64,000 nucleotides of DNA, from NCBI GenBank assembly GCA_963753125.1, contig CAVWAU010000003.1:12128-76127 (forward strand), written 5' to 3'. The translations under genes were made by a program, and so were the position numbers. The notes beneath the pieces were generated by a model. The model searched no databases. It saw nothing but the letters and a program-made list of their open reading frames with translations, and was not told where the DNA came from. Each line of letters opens with the position of its first letter. The first letter of the stretch is position 1. This stretch comes from an uncultured Chloroflexia bacterium. Lineage in GTDB: Bacteria; Chloroflexota; Limnocylindria; QHBO01. Shown here one piece after another: positions 31,133 to 43,291 of this stretch.

Positions 31133-32071
31133 CTACCCGGCCTCGCCAGGTCGCCGGTCAGCATGCGCCGATACGAGTCGTACCGATCCTCGCGAGATCG
31201 CGCCTGCCTCGACCGCCGCCCGCAGCCCGCAGCGCGGCTCGTGAAGGTGAGTGCAGTCGTTGAAGGCGCAGCGCGCCGAGGTGCGGCCGGAACTCCGGGA
31301 AGCAGCGAGGCCAGCTCGGTGGGCGGGATCTGCCACAGGCCGAGCTCGCGGATGCCGGGCGTGTCGGCCACGAAGCCGCCGCTCGGCCCCGTCGAGCGGA
31401 TGCAGCTCCGCGTGGGTCGTGGTGTGGCTTGCCCTTGCTCAGCGCCTCGCTGACACCTCGCCGGTCGCCAGCTGGAGGCCCGGCTGGAGCGCGTTCAGCA
31501 GCGTCGACTTGCCGACGCCGGACGGGCCGGTGACGATCGAGAGGCGGCCGGCGAGCCGCTCCCGCAGCTCCTCGAGGCCGGTGCCGGTCTCGGCGCTGGT
31601 GTAGACCACGTCGTAGCCGATGCGCTCGTACGGCGCGAAGCGCTCCGCGGCCGCATCGGCACCCGACGAGGTCCACCTTGTTGCGCGACCAGCGCGACGG
31701 GGACCTCGTTGTACTCGGCCACGACCAGGAAGCGGTCGATCAGCCGCGGGTTCGGGGTCGGGCGATCGCACGAGAAGACGACGACGACCAGGTCGGGGTT
31801 GGCCACCATCACGTCCTCGCGCCACGACCCGCGCGGCCCCGGCTGGCGACGGCTGAAGCGACGCTCGCGCGGCTCGACGGAGACGATCGCGCCGGTGCCG
31901 TCGGGCAGCCGCTCGACGCGTCACCCGGTCGCCGATGACCGCCAGGTCGGAGGCCTGGCGCTCCTTCTTCACCCGGCCGCGCAGCCGCGCCTCGACCAGG
32001 TCCCCCTCCGCGGTGGCGACGGTGTAGAAGCCGGAGCGCGCCCGCAGCACGAGGCCGGTCGTAGTGGTCAC
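31133..32071 (-). CDS. rsgA: ribosome small-subunit-dependent GTPase A, heavily frameshifted as sequenced
   Basis: OB-fold start GLVLRARSGFYTVATAEGDLVEARLRGRVKK; ANPDLVVVVFSCDRPTPNPRLIDRFLVVAE; G1 motif IVTGPSGVGKSTLLNAL; ADTPGIRELGLW; zinc knuckle CAFNDCTHLHEPRC. At least 6 frame switches. GTG 32071 overlaps the upstream stop. Confidence 0.75.
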
Positions 32072-32922
32072 CCGAGCGCGCCCACCGCGCTGCGCGTAGA
32101 TCGTGTCCTCGCGGCGCGGCACGTCCGGCCCGCGCGCCATGCGGCCGCCCCACTCCTCGAGCGTCGGCGCCCAGCCTCGCCGAGCCGGTCGGCGCCGGCG
32201 CGGTTGCCCGGCGGCAGGTTGAGCGCAGCGCTCGGCTCGACGGCAGCCGGTCGAAGCGCCTCGCCGACGAGGCGCGCGGCGATCTCGGGCGTATCGGCGA
32301 CCAGCGGGCCGACGCGCTCGGCCGTCGGGCCGGACCCAGCCCAGCCGACGAGCGCTGCCGTCGCGCCGGGCGACGACGAGCGGCCGATCGGCATCGGCCA
32401 GCATCGGTCCCAGCAGCGGCGCGCCGATCGCCGCCGAAGCGCGGCGCGTCGTAGGCGACCAGCTCGTCGAGGCGCGGGTCCGCCGTCGGCAAGCTCGAGC
32501 GTGCCGTCGGCCGCCACGCGTCGAGGCGCGCGGCACGCGGGACCACGGCCGCTCGGACCCGATCGAGCTCGAAGCCGTGGCGCGCGTAGAGCGGCCGGCC
32601 CGGTCCGGGGTCGCGGACAGCTCGAGGCGGTCCGACGCCACGCTCGTGCAAGGAAGTCGACCACCGACTCCAGGATCGCCGAGCCGATGCCCCGTCGCCG
32701 GATGCTCGGCGTCGACGATCATGTTGCCGACGACGCCGAGGCGCCCGTAGCTGATCCCGCTGCCGACGCCGACGACGCGGCCACGCCCGTCCACGGCGAC
32801 CAGGCAGCGCGCGTGCGGCGGCTCGAGGACCGCGCGGAGCGCCCAGTCATGCGACGGCCCAGCCGACCGACTCGCGCAGCTCGGCGATGCGCGGCAGGTC
32901 GGCCAGGTCGGCGGTGGCGCAT
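32068..32922 (-). CDS. GNAT-family acetyltransferase with extra C-terminal domain, heavily frameshifted as sequenced
   Basis: ATG 32922 gives MRHATADLADLPRIAELRESVGW. Further segments: CLVAVDGRGRVVGVGSGISYGRLGVVGNMIVDAEH, GRPLYARHGFEL, and a C-terminal part with DELVAYDAPRFGGDR. The segments lie in all three frames. Confidence 0.6.
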
Positions 32923-32974
32923 GCTGAGTCGATCGGGGAGCGGCATCGAGAGCGAGTCTAGCCGCGCGTCTAGC

Positions 32975-33432
32975 ATGGCGAGATGGACGACCTCCGAGGA
33001 CCGATACGCCCTGACTGGTTGCGGCCTTCGGGCGTTGGGCAGCGGACCGGTCGCCGGCCTGAATCGGCTCACCACCGATGCGGCCGCGCTGGCCGCCGCG
33101 GCCGAGTCGAGCTGGCTGCGCGTCCAGGCCCGCTCGCTCGCGGAAGCGGCTCGTGCCGGCCGGCCATGACGCCGAACTCGAGATCATCGTCGACGCCTCC
33201 GTTCCACCGATCGACGAGACGGCGGTCGCCCGCCTCGAGGACCTGCTGCCGGCGGGGCGCATCGCTCGCCGGAGCGGCTCGCGGCCGACGAGGCGGCGAC
33301 GCGGCTGCCCCGCGCGCGCTGCAGCCGTGGCCGATCGGCTGCTCTGACCTGCTGCGCCACCGCTCCTCCGAGGATCTCGACCTCCCCGCCGACCATCGGC
33401 TCTTGCTGCGAGTCGACGAGGCGGGCGGCTGA
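32975..33432 (+). CDS. hypothetical protein, frameshifted as sequenced; weak call
   Basis: ATG 32975 (MARWTTSEDRYALTG...) or ATG 32983. The most protein-like pieces are HDAELEIIVDASVPPIDETAVARLEDLLPAG and LQPWPIGCSDLLRHRSSEDLDLPADHRLLLRVDEAGG, ending at 33432. No family recognised. Confidence 0.3.
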
Positions 33433-34039
33433 TCGCTGGTCAGTGAGGCTCGAATCGAGCTCGCAGTCGGCACGACTGGTCCTCAACGCGAGGGTGGCAT
33501 GGACGCCTGACGGCCTGGTCGCGCTGCCATCGCGCGCGTACGGCCTATCCGGGCCGCCACCTCGCGCCGCCTCATGCGGCCGGCACCGCCGAGCTCGAGC
33601 CCGTCGCCGATCACGACCGGTCGAGCGCGGCTCGCGAGCCGATCGGCCGCGAGGTTCTCCTCGCTGACCACGAGCTGGCCCGCGAGCTCGAGCGGATCGG
33701 CCGAGCCGCCGGCGTCGACTGGCACGGCCGCACGCATGCTTCGCAGTCGGCCCGAGCCCTTCGAGGACCTCGCGCCCGCCTACGCGAGCCGCCGCAGTCG
33801 CCAGACCGTGTCGACGCGCGACGACGCCTCCTGGCCCTGGGCACCGATCCCCGGGCGGTCGATGCGCTGGTCGGCCGCATGGCGCGATCCGTTGGCGCGA
33901 GCCGGAGCCGTCGCCACGCGCGGCCGGCCCGCCGCTCGTGCGCCGCTGGCTCGCGACGGTGGGTCAGACCACCGGGCTCCAGCTGCTCCTGTGCGGAGCG
34001 CGCTCGTACGCCGACCGATGCTCCGCGCAGAGATCGGCG

Positions 34040-35231
34040 ATGGCCCGCGGCTGAGCGCGAGTCCGTCGACGTCCTCCTCGTCGGCGGTGGCGTCGCCTCC
34101 GCGCGCTGCGCCCGCACGCTGCGGCGCCACGGGTTCGCCGGATCGATCCTGATCGTCGGCGAGGAGGACCGGGCGCCCTACAACCGGCCGCCGCTCAGCA
34201 AGGAGCTCCTGCGCGACGACCTGCCCGACGAGCTGCTCGCCGCGGAGCCGCCGCGCTGGTACGCGCGGCGATCGATCGAGCTGCTGACCGGCGTGACGGT
34301 CGACCGGCATCGACCCGTTCGCCGGCCGCGCGCGCCACGCTGACCGGCGGCGGCCGATCCGGTTCGACCGTGCTCTGCTGGCGACCGGCGCGGAGGTTCG
34401 GCGGCTCCCGATCCCCGGCGCGGAGCACGCACTCACGCTGCGGACTGCCGCCGATGCCCGCCGCTGCGGCCGCGGCGTCGCCGCTGGCCGCCGGGCTGCA
34501 GCCGGTCGTCGTCATCGGCGGCGGGTTCATCGGCCTCGAGGTCGCATCCGGCGCTGGCCGCCCTGGGCCTGCGACCGACGGTGGTCGAGATCGGCGCCGG
34601 CGCTGTGGGACGGCACGCTCGGCGATCGACCTCGCCGGCATGGGCCGGCGAACGCCTGGCCGAGGTCGGCGTCGAGCTCCGGCTCGGGGCCGACGTCGTC
34701 GCGGCTCGACGACGGGGCCGCGTGGTGGTCGGCGACGAGCGGCTCGCCGCGGCGTTCGTGGTCGTCGGCGATCGGTGTGCGGCCGCGCGACGACCTCGCG
34801 GCAGACGGCCGGCATCGCGGCTCGACGACGGCATCGTCGTCGACGCCGGCCAGCGCGACGAGCACCCGGCCGTCTGGGCGGCCGGCGACGTTGCGCGCGT
34901 GGACGGCCGTCGCGGGTCGAGCATTGGCACGCCGCGCGCGAGGCGGGCGAGCGGGCCGCCCTCTCGATGCTCGGGCGGCCGGTGCCCGCATGCTGCCGGC
35001 GCCGTGGGTCTTCTCCGAGATCGCGGGGACGATCGGTCGACGTCGTCGGCGCCGTCGACGGCTGGGACGAGGAGCGCTGGCTCGAGGCCCGGACGCCTGA
35101 GGGTACCTCGTGTACTCCGGGGCGGCATCGTGGTCGGGCTGGCCGGCGTCGACGGAGCCCTGGACGTGCCGCGACGGCCCGGCGGCTGGTCGGCGCGCGG
35201 CGCCACGATCGGCGAGGTCGACGGGCCGTGA
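34040..35231 (+). CDS. FAD-dependent pyridine-nucleotide oxidoreductase, ferredoxin-reductase type, heavily frameshifted as sequenced
   Basis: FAD fold VDVLLVGGGVASARCARTLRRHGFAGSILIVGEEDRAPYNRPPLSKELL; LLATGAEVRRLPIPGAEHALTLRT; a second Rossmann fold around VVIGGGFIGLEV; VEHWHAAREAG. Many frame switches. The start is approximate, and the end is taken from ORF 34581..35231. Confidence 0.7.
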
Positions 35232-35342
35232 CCTGATCACGCCGAACAGCCGGCCGTGACGCATGTGCGTCATCGGCCGCCGGGTCTCTCGCGCCCTCTG
35301 CTAGCCTCGGTACCTGCCCGTCCCCGCATCGGAGGAACTCTG

Positions 35343-37103
35343 ATGCCGAGCTCCCGGCGCCCGCATCGTGCGCCTGGCGATGGCGCTCGCCTGGTCGCTC
35401 TCCACCCCGTTGGCCCGCAGTCGCGTCGCGGCCGCCACCGACCGGCTCCCGGACCTGCGCATGGCGACCCTGTCCGAGCTTCCGCACCGAGAACTCGGGC
35501 GGCGAGCGGCGGCTGCGCTTCACGACGATCATGACGAACGAGGGCGCTCGGGCCGCTCGAGGTGCGCGGCGTGCCGCGCGAGCCTCAGCGAGCCGCACCT
35601 CCGGACCACGCAGGCGATCTACGACACCGACGGCGGCGTGCGCCTCGTCGACAGCCGCGCGCTGATGGAGTACGCCGAGGACGGGCACGACCACTGGCAC
35701 ATCCAGGGCGTGATGCTCTACCAGATGTGGTCGGACAACGGCGTCGTGCGGCGCGGCACCAAGGTCGGGTTCTGCTTCCTCGACAGCCGGCCCTGGATCC
35801 TCGCGCTGCCAGAGCGCCGCAGCGGCGTGGTCTACGGCGGAGCGACGTGCGGCGACCGCGGCGACCTCACGCAACCGGATGGGCCTGTCGGTCGGATGGG
35901 GCGACGAGTACCCGGCGAACTTCGCGTTCCAGTGGATCGACATCACCGACGCTGGCGCCCGGCGACTACACGGTCCAGGCGCGCGCCGACGAGCAGAACT
36001 GGTACGTCGAGTCGAACGAGACAAACAACTGCGCGTGGGCGCGCGTGCGCATCACGCGCACCGAACGGGCCGGTCGAGCGTGCTCGCCCAGGGCCGCGAC
36101 TGCGTCTGCCCCCGCCGGCCACGACCGCGCGGGTCGAGCGCCAGTACGGCAGCGAACCGATACGAGACGGCGGCCGCGGCCTCCGAGGATGCGTTCGCGC
36201 CGGGCGTGCCGGTCGCGTACGTCGCGACCGGCCGCCAACTTCCCGGACGCGCTCGCGGCCGGCGCCGCAGCCGGATTCCAGCGGCGGCCCGATCATCCTG
36301 GTCGACGCGAACTGCTGCCGGCCCTGGCCACCACCGAGCTCGAGCGCCTCAACCCCAGCCGGATCGTGATCTGGGCGGCGAGCGGCGTCGTGTCGGACTA
36401 CGTCGCCGCGCTCGTCGGCCGGTTACCAGACCGGCGGCGGCACTGACCCGCATCGCCGGCGCCGACCGCTACGCGACCGCGGCGGCCATCTCGGCCGCCA
36501 CGTTCGCGCCCGGCGTCGCGACCGCCTACGTCACGAGCGGCGAGAACTGGCCGGACGCGCTGGCGGCCGTGCCGCACGCGGCCCGCGCCGGCGGGCCCGC
36601 TGCTGCTGACGCGCCGAACGGTCCTGCCAGACGCTCGTCGCGGCCGAGCTCCAGCGGCTCGATCCGGGGCGCATCATCGTGGTCGGCGGATGCGCGCGTG
36701 GTCTCCGACGCCGTCGTCGCCGCGCTCGACGCGTACGACACGGAGGCGGCGTGCATCCGCATCGCGCGGCGCGGACCGCTACGCCACGGCGGCGAGGCTA
36801 TCTCGGCGTTCCACATCCGTCCGGCGCGCCGCTGGCGTACGTCGCGACCGGCGAGAACTTCCCCGACGCGCTCGGCGCCGGCCCCGCGGCGGCGGTCCGC
36901 GGCGCGCCGACGATCCTGCGTGCAAGTGGACGTCGATCCCGCCCGCACAGCCGCAGCGGAGCTCGATCGGCTCAACCCGGCCGGATCATCCTCCTCGGCG
37001 GGCCCTCGGTCATCTCGAGCCCGTCCAGGAGGCGCTCGGGCTTCGGTGCGAGGCTCACGCGTGCTGGACGTGCGGCGAAGGTCCTCGCCTCTGGGTCGGT
37101 TGA
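35343..37103 (+). CDS. secreted lysyl-oxidase-like enzyme with three C-terminal cell-wall-binding (CWB2-type) repeats, heavily frameshifted as sequenced
   Basis: ATG 35343 follows GGAGGA, with signal-like RLAMALAWSLSTPLA. LOX-like blocks: LPDLRM, EDGHDHWHIQGVMLYQMW, GTKVGFCFLDS, GLSVGWGDEYPANFAFQWIDITD (QWIDITD is identical to animal LOX), SNETNNCAWARV. Then three repeats of the type RYETAAAAS..VAYVATG.NFPDALAAGAAA..GPIILV / IAGADRYATAAAIS. At least 12 frame switches. The end is approximate. Confidence 0.65.
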
Positions 37104-37128
37104 CCGCCAGCGGCCCCTGCGGGACAAT
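37100..37128 (+). promoter_or_regulatory. candidate sigma-70-type promoter of the suf unit
   Basis: TTGACC (37100-37105), a 17-nt spacer, then GACAAT (37123-37128), about 55 nt upstream of the sufB start. Confidence 0.4.
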
Positions 37129-37140
37129 GCTCGCGTAACA

Positions 37141-37157
37141 CCGACCAAAACAGTCGG
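37141..37157. promoter_or_regulatory. inverted repeat CCGAC-N7-GTCGG just downstream of the candidate -10
   Basis: CCGACCAAAACAGTCGG, read directly. Its position, 13 nt after GACAAT, suits an operator. An Rrf2 regulator is encoded inside the operon. Confidence 0.3.
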
Positions 37158-37183
37158 GATTCGCCGAGCGAGGCGGACCCGGC

Positions 37184-38619
<1,436 letters not shown>

Positions 38620-38623
38620 GCCG

Positions 38624-39918
38624 ATGACCCTCACGCAGACCGCATCGGCGCTCGACGCCGATGCGATCGGGCGCATCAGCGACCGACTCGACGAGCCCGA
38701 CTGGCTGCGCGCCCTCCGCGCGCGGCTGGTGGGAGCGCGCTTCGGCCACCCCGCCGCCGACCGGCCAGGAGGAGGAGTGGCGCCGCACCTCGCTCGACGC
38801 GCTCCCGCGCGATGTCGAGCTGCTGCTCGACGTGCCCTCAGCTCGAGACGCATCTGCCACCCGATGCGGCCGAGGCCGGCGTCATCCTGACCGACCTGCG
38901 CACCGCGGTGCGCGAGCATCCGGAGCTCGTCGCGCGCTTCCTCGGGCAGCCGGATGGGCCCGGCTCACACGCCCACTTCTGGGCGCTGGCGCAGGCCGCC
39001 TGGACCGGTGGCCTGTTCTGCTACGTCCCGGCCGGCGTGGCCGTCGACGGGACCCTGGTCGCGCGCCAGGCGCTGCCGCGAGCCGACGTCGCCTTCCATC
39101 CGGTCAGCGCTGGTCGTGGCCGAGGAGGGGAGCTCAGCGTGACGCTGCTCGAGGAGATCGTCTCGCCCGACGGCGACGCCGGCTGGTACGGCGGGATCGC
39201 CGAGGTCCGCGCCGCGCAGTCGTCGCGCGTGCGGTACGCCAACCTCCAGCAGCTCGGCGACGGCGCCTGGCACGTCGGCGCCGACGCGCGTGGTCGTCGA
39301 GCAGGACGCCGTGGTCACGACGCTCAACGCCGAGGTCGGCTCGCGGGTCGACGAAGCTCGGGCTCGACGTGCTGATGAGCGGCAAGGGCGGCACCTCGAA
39401 GGTCCTCGGGCTGCTGGCCGCCGGGGACGACCAGCAGATCGACATCAACACCGTCCAGGACCTCGCCGCCGATCACACCACCAGCGACCTGCTCTACCTC
39501 TCGGCCCTCTACGATCGCGCCCACGCCTCGTTCTACGGCGTGACCAACGTGCGGCGCGGGACGAGGCAGACGAGCAGCTACCAGGAATGCCGCAACCTGC
39601 TGCTCAGCCCCGAGGCCGGCGCGGAGCCGATCCCGGTGCTCGAGATCGAGGCGAACGACATCCTGCGCTGCGGCCACGGCGCGACCGCCGGCGCGATCGA
39701 TCCGACGACCCTCTTCTACGCCCAGACGCGCGGCCTCGACGCCGGCGACCGCCGAGCGCATGATCGTGCGCGGCTTCTTCGAGCAGGTCGTGGCCAAGAT
39801 CGACGACGAGACGATCCGCGAGCGGGTGCTCGCCGCGCTGGCGCGGCGCATCGGCGCAGACACGCGCCGAGGAGGTGGCGGCATGACCGCCATCGAGCAC
39901 GGCCAGCCGGCTTCGTGA
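38624..39918 (+). CDS. sufD: Fe-S cluster assembly protein SufD, heavily frameshifted as sequenced
   Basis: Position is after sufB. Segments: EPDWLRALR, QEEEWRRTSLDAL, AGVILTDLRTAVREHPELVARFLGQ, WTGGLFCYVPAGVAVDG, and a clean C-terminal half TKLGLDVLMSGKGGTSKVLGLL...YQECRNLLLSPEAGAEPIPVLEIEANDILRCGHGATAGAIDP. The TGA at 39916-39918 overlaps the next GTG. Confidence 0.8.
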
Positions 39919-40214
39919 CGGTCGCGCGCGCCGGCGACGTCGAGCCGGGCACCGTCCGCGTGGTGGAGGTCGACGGCCGCTCGCTGTGCATCGGCCTGAC
40001 CGAGGACGGCGAGTGGGGCGCGATCGACAACGTCTGCACCCACGACGGCGGCACGCTCGGCGAGGGCGAGCTCGACGACTCGGCGGTCGAGTGCCCGCGC
40101 CACGGCGGCCGGTTCGACCTGTTCAGCGGCCGCGTGCTGGCGCTGCCCCCGGTTCGGCCGGTGAACGCCTACGAGACGGTGCTCGACGGCGACGAGGTCC
40201 GGGTGAGGCTGTGA
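39915..40214 (+). CDS. Rieske-type [2Fe-2S] ferredoxin
   Basis: GTG 39915 in a GTGA overlap. Intact to 40214. Rieske ligand boxes are CTHDGG and CPRHGGRF. Confidence 0.8.
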   Translation: MTVARAGDVEPGTVRVVEVDGRSLCIGLTEDGEWGAIDNVCTHDGGTLGEGELDDSAVECPRHGGRFDLFSGRVLALPPVRPVNAYETVLDGDEVRVRL

Positions 40215-40218
40215 GCCG

Positions 40219-40723
40219 ATGAAGATCAGCACGCGCACCGAGTACGGCATCCGGGTCCTCGTCACGCTGGCGCGGCTCGGCGAGGACGACCCATGCCTGT
40301 CGCCTGACCGCAGATCGCGAAGCGCGAGCAGCTGCCCGCACGCCTACCTCGAGCAGCTCGTCGGCGACCTGCGGCGCGCCGGCCTCGTCACCGCCACGCG
40401 CGGCCAGTCGGGTGGCTATCGACTCGCGCGCCCGGCGGCCGAGATCGCCATGACCGATGCCGTCCGCGCGCTCGAGGGGCCGCTGCTCGAGATGCCGTGC
40501 GCCGGCGTCGACGACCTCGAGCACTGCGATCGGCCGCAGCCGTGCAGCGTCCACGAGGTCTTCCAGCGCGTCTACGAGTCGCTGTCCGCCACGCCTCGGC
40601 GCCACGAACCTCGCCGAGGTGGTCGCGACCGCCGGTGGGCCGCCCTATCCGCCGGAGGTGCGCCGCAGGCGCATCGCGCTGCATTCAGCCATGACGATCA
40701 CGCAGGAAACAAGGAACGCATGA
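40219..40723 (+). CDS. Rrf2-family transcriptional regulator, frameshifted as sequenced
   Basis: MKISTRTEYGIRVLVTLARLGEDDP, then (shift) SLTQIAKREQLP, then (shift) HAYLEQLVGDLRRAGLVTATRGQSGGYRLARP. Cys cluster: MPCAGVDDLEHCDRPQPCSVHEVF. The tail is in a third frame and ends at TGA 40721-40723, overlapping the sufC ATG. Confidence 0.75.
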
Positions 40724-41583
40724 CCGACGAACTCGTCATCTCCGGGCTCGAGGTGAGCATCGGGAGCAAGAAGATCCTCAAGGGGCTCGACCTGACCGTG
40801 AAGCCAGGGCGAGGTCCATGCGCTGATGGGCCCGAACGGCTCGGGCAAGACCAGCCTGGCCTATGCGCTGATGGGCCATCCCGACTACCTCGTCGACGCC
40901 GGCACCATCACCTGGGCGCGGGCAGGACCTGCTCGACGGGCCGACCGCGCTGGGCATGTCGCCCGACAAGCGCGCGCGCCTGGGCCTCTTCCTGGCGTTC
41001 CAGTACCCGAGCGCCATCCCGGGCGTGACCGTCGCCAGCTTCCTGCGCAACATCTACAACGCCATCCACCATCCGAAGCCGGCGGACGAGACCGGCGAGA
41101 CCTCGATCAAGTACACCGGCATCCCGCTGGCCAAGTTCCGCAAGCTGATGGAGGAGAAGATGGCGCTCCTCCACATGGATCCGGCCTTCGCCACGCGCTA
41201 CGTGAACGAGGGCTTCTCCGGCGGCGAGAAGAAGCGCCTCGAGATGCTCCAGATGGCCGATCGTCAGCCCGGCGATGGCGATCCTCGACGAGACCGACTC
41301 AGGCCTCGACATCGACGCGCTCAAGAGCGTCGCCGAGGGCATCAACGCGACCCTGTCGCCGGAGATGGGGGTGCTGATGATCACCCACTACCAGCGGATG
41401 CTGAACTACGTGAAGCCGCAGTTCGTGCACGTCCTGCTCGACGGCCGCGTCGTGATGTCGGGCGGCGAGGAGCTGAGCCACCAGCTCGAGGCCAACGGCT
41501 ACGACTGGGTGCGCGAGCAGGTCGGCCTGCCGGCCGGCGTCGGCGACGAGGCCGCCGCGCCCGAGCCGGTCGCCCAGCACTAG
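40720..41583 (+). CDS. sufC: Fe-S cluster assembly ATPase SufC, frameshifted as sequenced
   Basis: [12 protein letters not shown], then (shift) [21 protein letters not shown] (Walker A), [31 protein letters not shown] (signature), [12 protein letters not shown] (Walker B), MITHYQRML. About 4 frame switches. Confidence 0.9.
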
Positions 41584-41596
41584 GCGGGACGGACCG

Positions 41597-42858
41597 ATGG
41601 CGATCGAGCAGCTCCGCGCGGACGTCTTCGACGGCGCCGCCCTGCGCGCCGACTTCCCCGTCTTCGATCGGCCGCATCGGTCCGGCATGCCGCTCGCCTT
41701 CCTCGACTCGGCCGCGTCGTCGCAGAAGCCGCGCGCCGTGATCGAGGCGGTCGCCGACGCCTACGCGCATCACTACGCCAACGTCCATCGCGGCATCTAC
41801 GAGCTGAGCGAGGATGCGACGGCGCGCTTCGAGGGCGCGCGGAGCGCGCTCGCCCGGTTCATCGGCGCTCCGAGCGCGCGCGAGATCGTCTTCGTCCGCA
41901 ACGCGACCGAGGCGATCAACCTCGTTGCCTACAGCTGGGGACGCGCCAACGTCGGAGCCGGCGACCTGATCCTGTCGACCGAGATGGAGCACCACGCCAA
42001 CCTGGTGCCGTGGCAGCAGCTCGCGAACGAGACCGGCGCCACGCTCGAGTACGTCGGGATCACCGATGACGGCCGGCTCGACCTCGACGACCTGCGCACC
42101 CGCCTGGCGAGCGGACCGAAGCTGGTCGCCATCAACCACGTCAGCAACGCGCTCGGCACCATCAACCCGGTCGCCGAGATCAGCCGCCTCGCGCACGAGG
42201 CCGGCGCGCTCGTCCTGCTCGATGCCGCGCAGAGCGTCCCGCACATGCCGGTCGACGTGACCGAGCTCGGCGTCGACTTCCTCGCCCTCTCCGGGCACAA
42301 GATGCTGGGACCGTCGGGGATCGGCGCGCTGTGGGGTCGTCGCGAGCTGCTCGAGGCGATGCCGCCCTTCCTGACCGGCGGCAGCATGATCAGCAAGGTG
42401 ACCCTGACCGGAACGACCTGGGCCGAGGTGCCGCTCAAGTTCGAGGCCGGCACGCCGGCGATCGCGGAGGCCGCCGGCCTGGCTGCGGCCATCGGCTACC
42501 TCGAGGGGATCGGCATGGCGAACGTGCGGGCGCACGAGCGCTTCCTGTTCGAGCGAGCCTGGGCCACCCTCGGCGCAATCGACGGGCGTCCGGCGGCTCG
42601 GTCCGGACGTCGGCGGACGAGCACGCCGGCGTCATCAGCTTCGTCATCGAGGGCGTGCATCCGCACGACGTGGCGACCATCCTCGACCACCACGCCGTCG
42701 CCGTGCGCGCCGGCCACCACTGCGCGCAGCCGGTCATGGCTCGCTACGACCTGCCGGCCACGACCCGCGCCAGCTTCTACGTCTACAACGACCTGGACGA
42801 CGTCGAGCGCCTCGCCGAGGCCATCCACGCCACCCAGCGTCTCTTCCGAACCAGCTGA
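41597..42858 (+). CDS. sufS: cysteine desulfurase SufS, frameshifted as sequenced
   Basis: FLDSAASSQKP, HANLVPWQ, the PLP lysine in ALSGHKMLGPSGIG, FEAGTP. A shift near 42590 leads to VISFVIEGVHPHDVATILD...VRAGHHCAQP (catalytic Cys). Confidence 0.9.
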
Positions 42859-42866
42859 GAAGACCG

Positions 42867-43291
42867 ATGGACAACCTCTACCGCGATTTCATCCTCGAGC
42901 ACTACCGCGAGCCGCACAACAAGGGCGTGCTCGACCCGCACGACCTCCACTTCGCCGATTCGAATCCGACCTGCGGCGACGAGATGAGCATGACGCTGCT
43001 GCTCGACGACGCGAAGGAGCGGGTGCTCGACGTCGCCTTCGACGGGCGGGGCTGCGCCATCAGCCAGGCGTCGGCCTCGATCCTGACCGACGAGCTGCGC
43101 GGCATGACGCGTGGACGAGCTCCGCGCGATCGATCCCAAGGCAGGTCATCGAGAACCTCGGCGTGCCGATCGGCCCCGCCCGCGTCAAGTGCGCGCTGCT
43201 CAGCTACAAGGTGCTGCAGGGCGCCGTCAGCGGCGCCGAGGCACGCTGGCCGGACGAGGCCGAGGTCCTCGCCGGCGGATCAGCTCCCTGA
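42867..43291 (+). CDS. sufU: SufU/IscU-type Fe-S scaffold / sulfur acceptor, frameshifted as sequenced
   Basis: LYRDFILEHYREPHNKG, NPTCGDEM, GRGCAISQASASILTD, then (two shifts near 43110-43140) IGPARVKCALLSYKVL. Confidence 0.85.
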
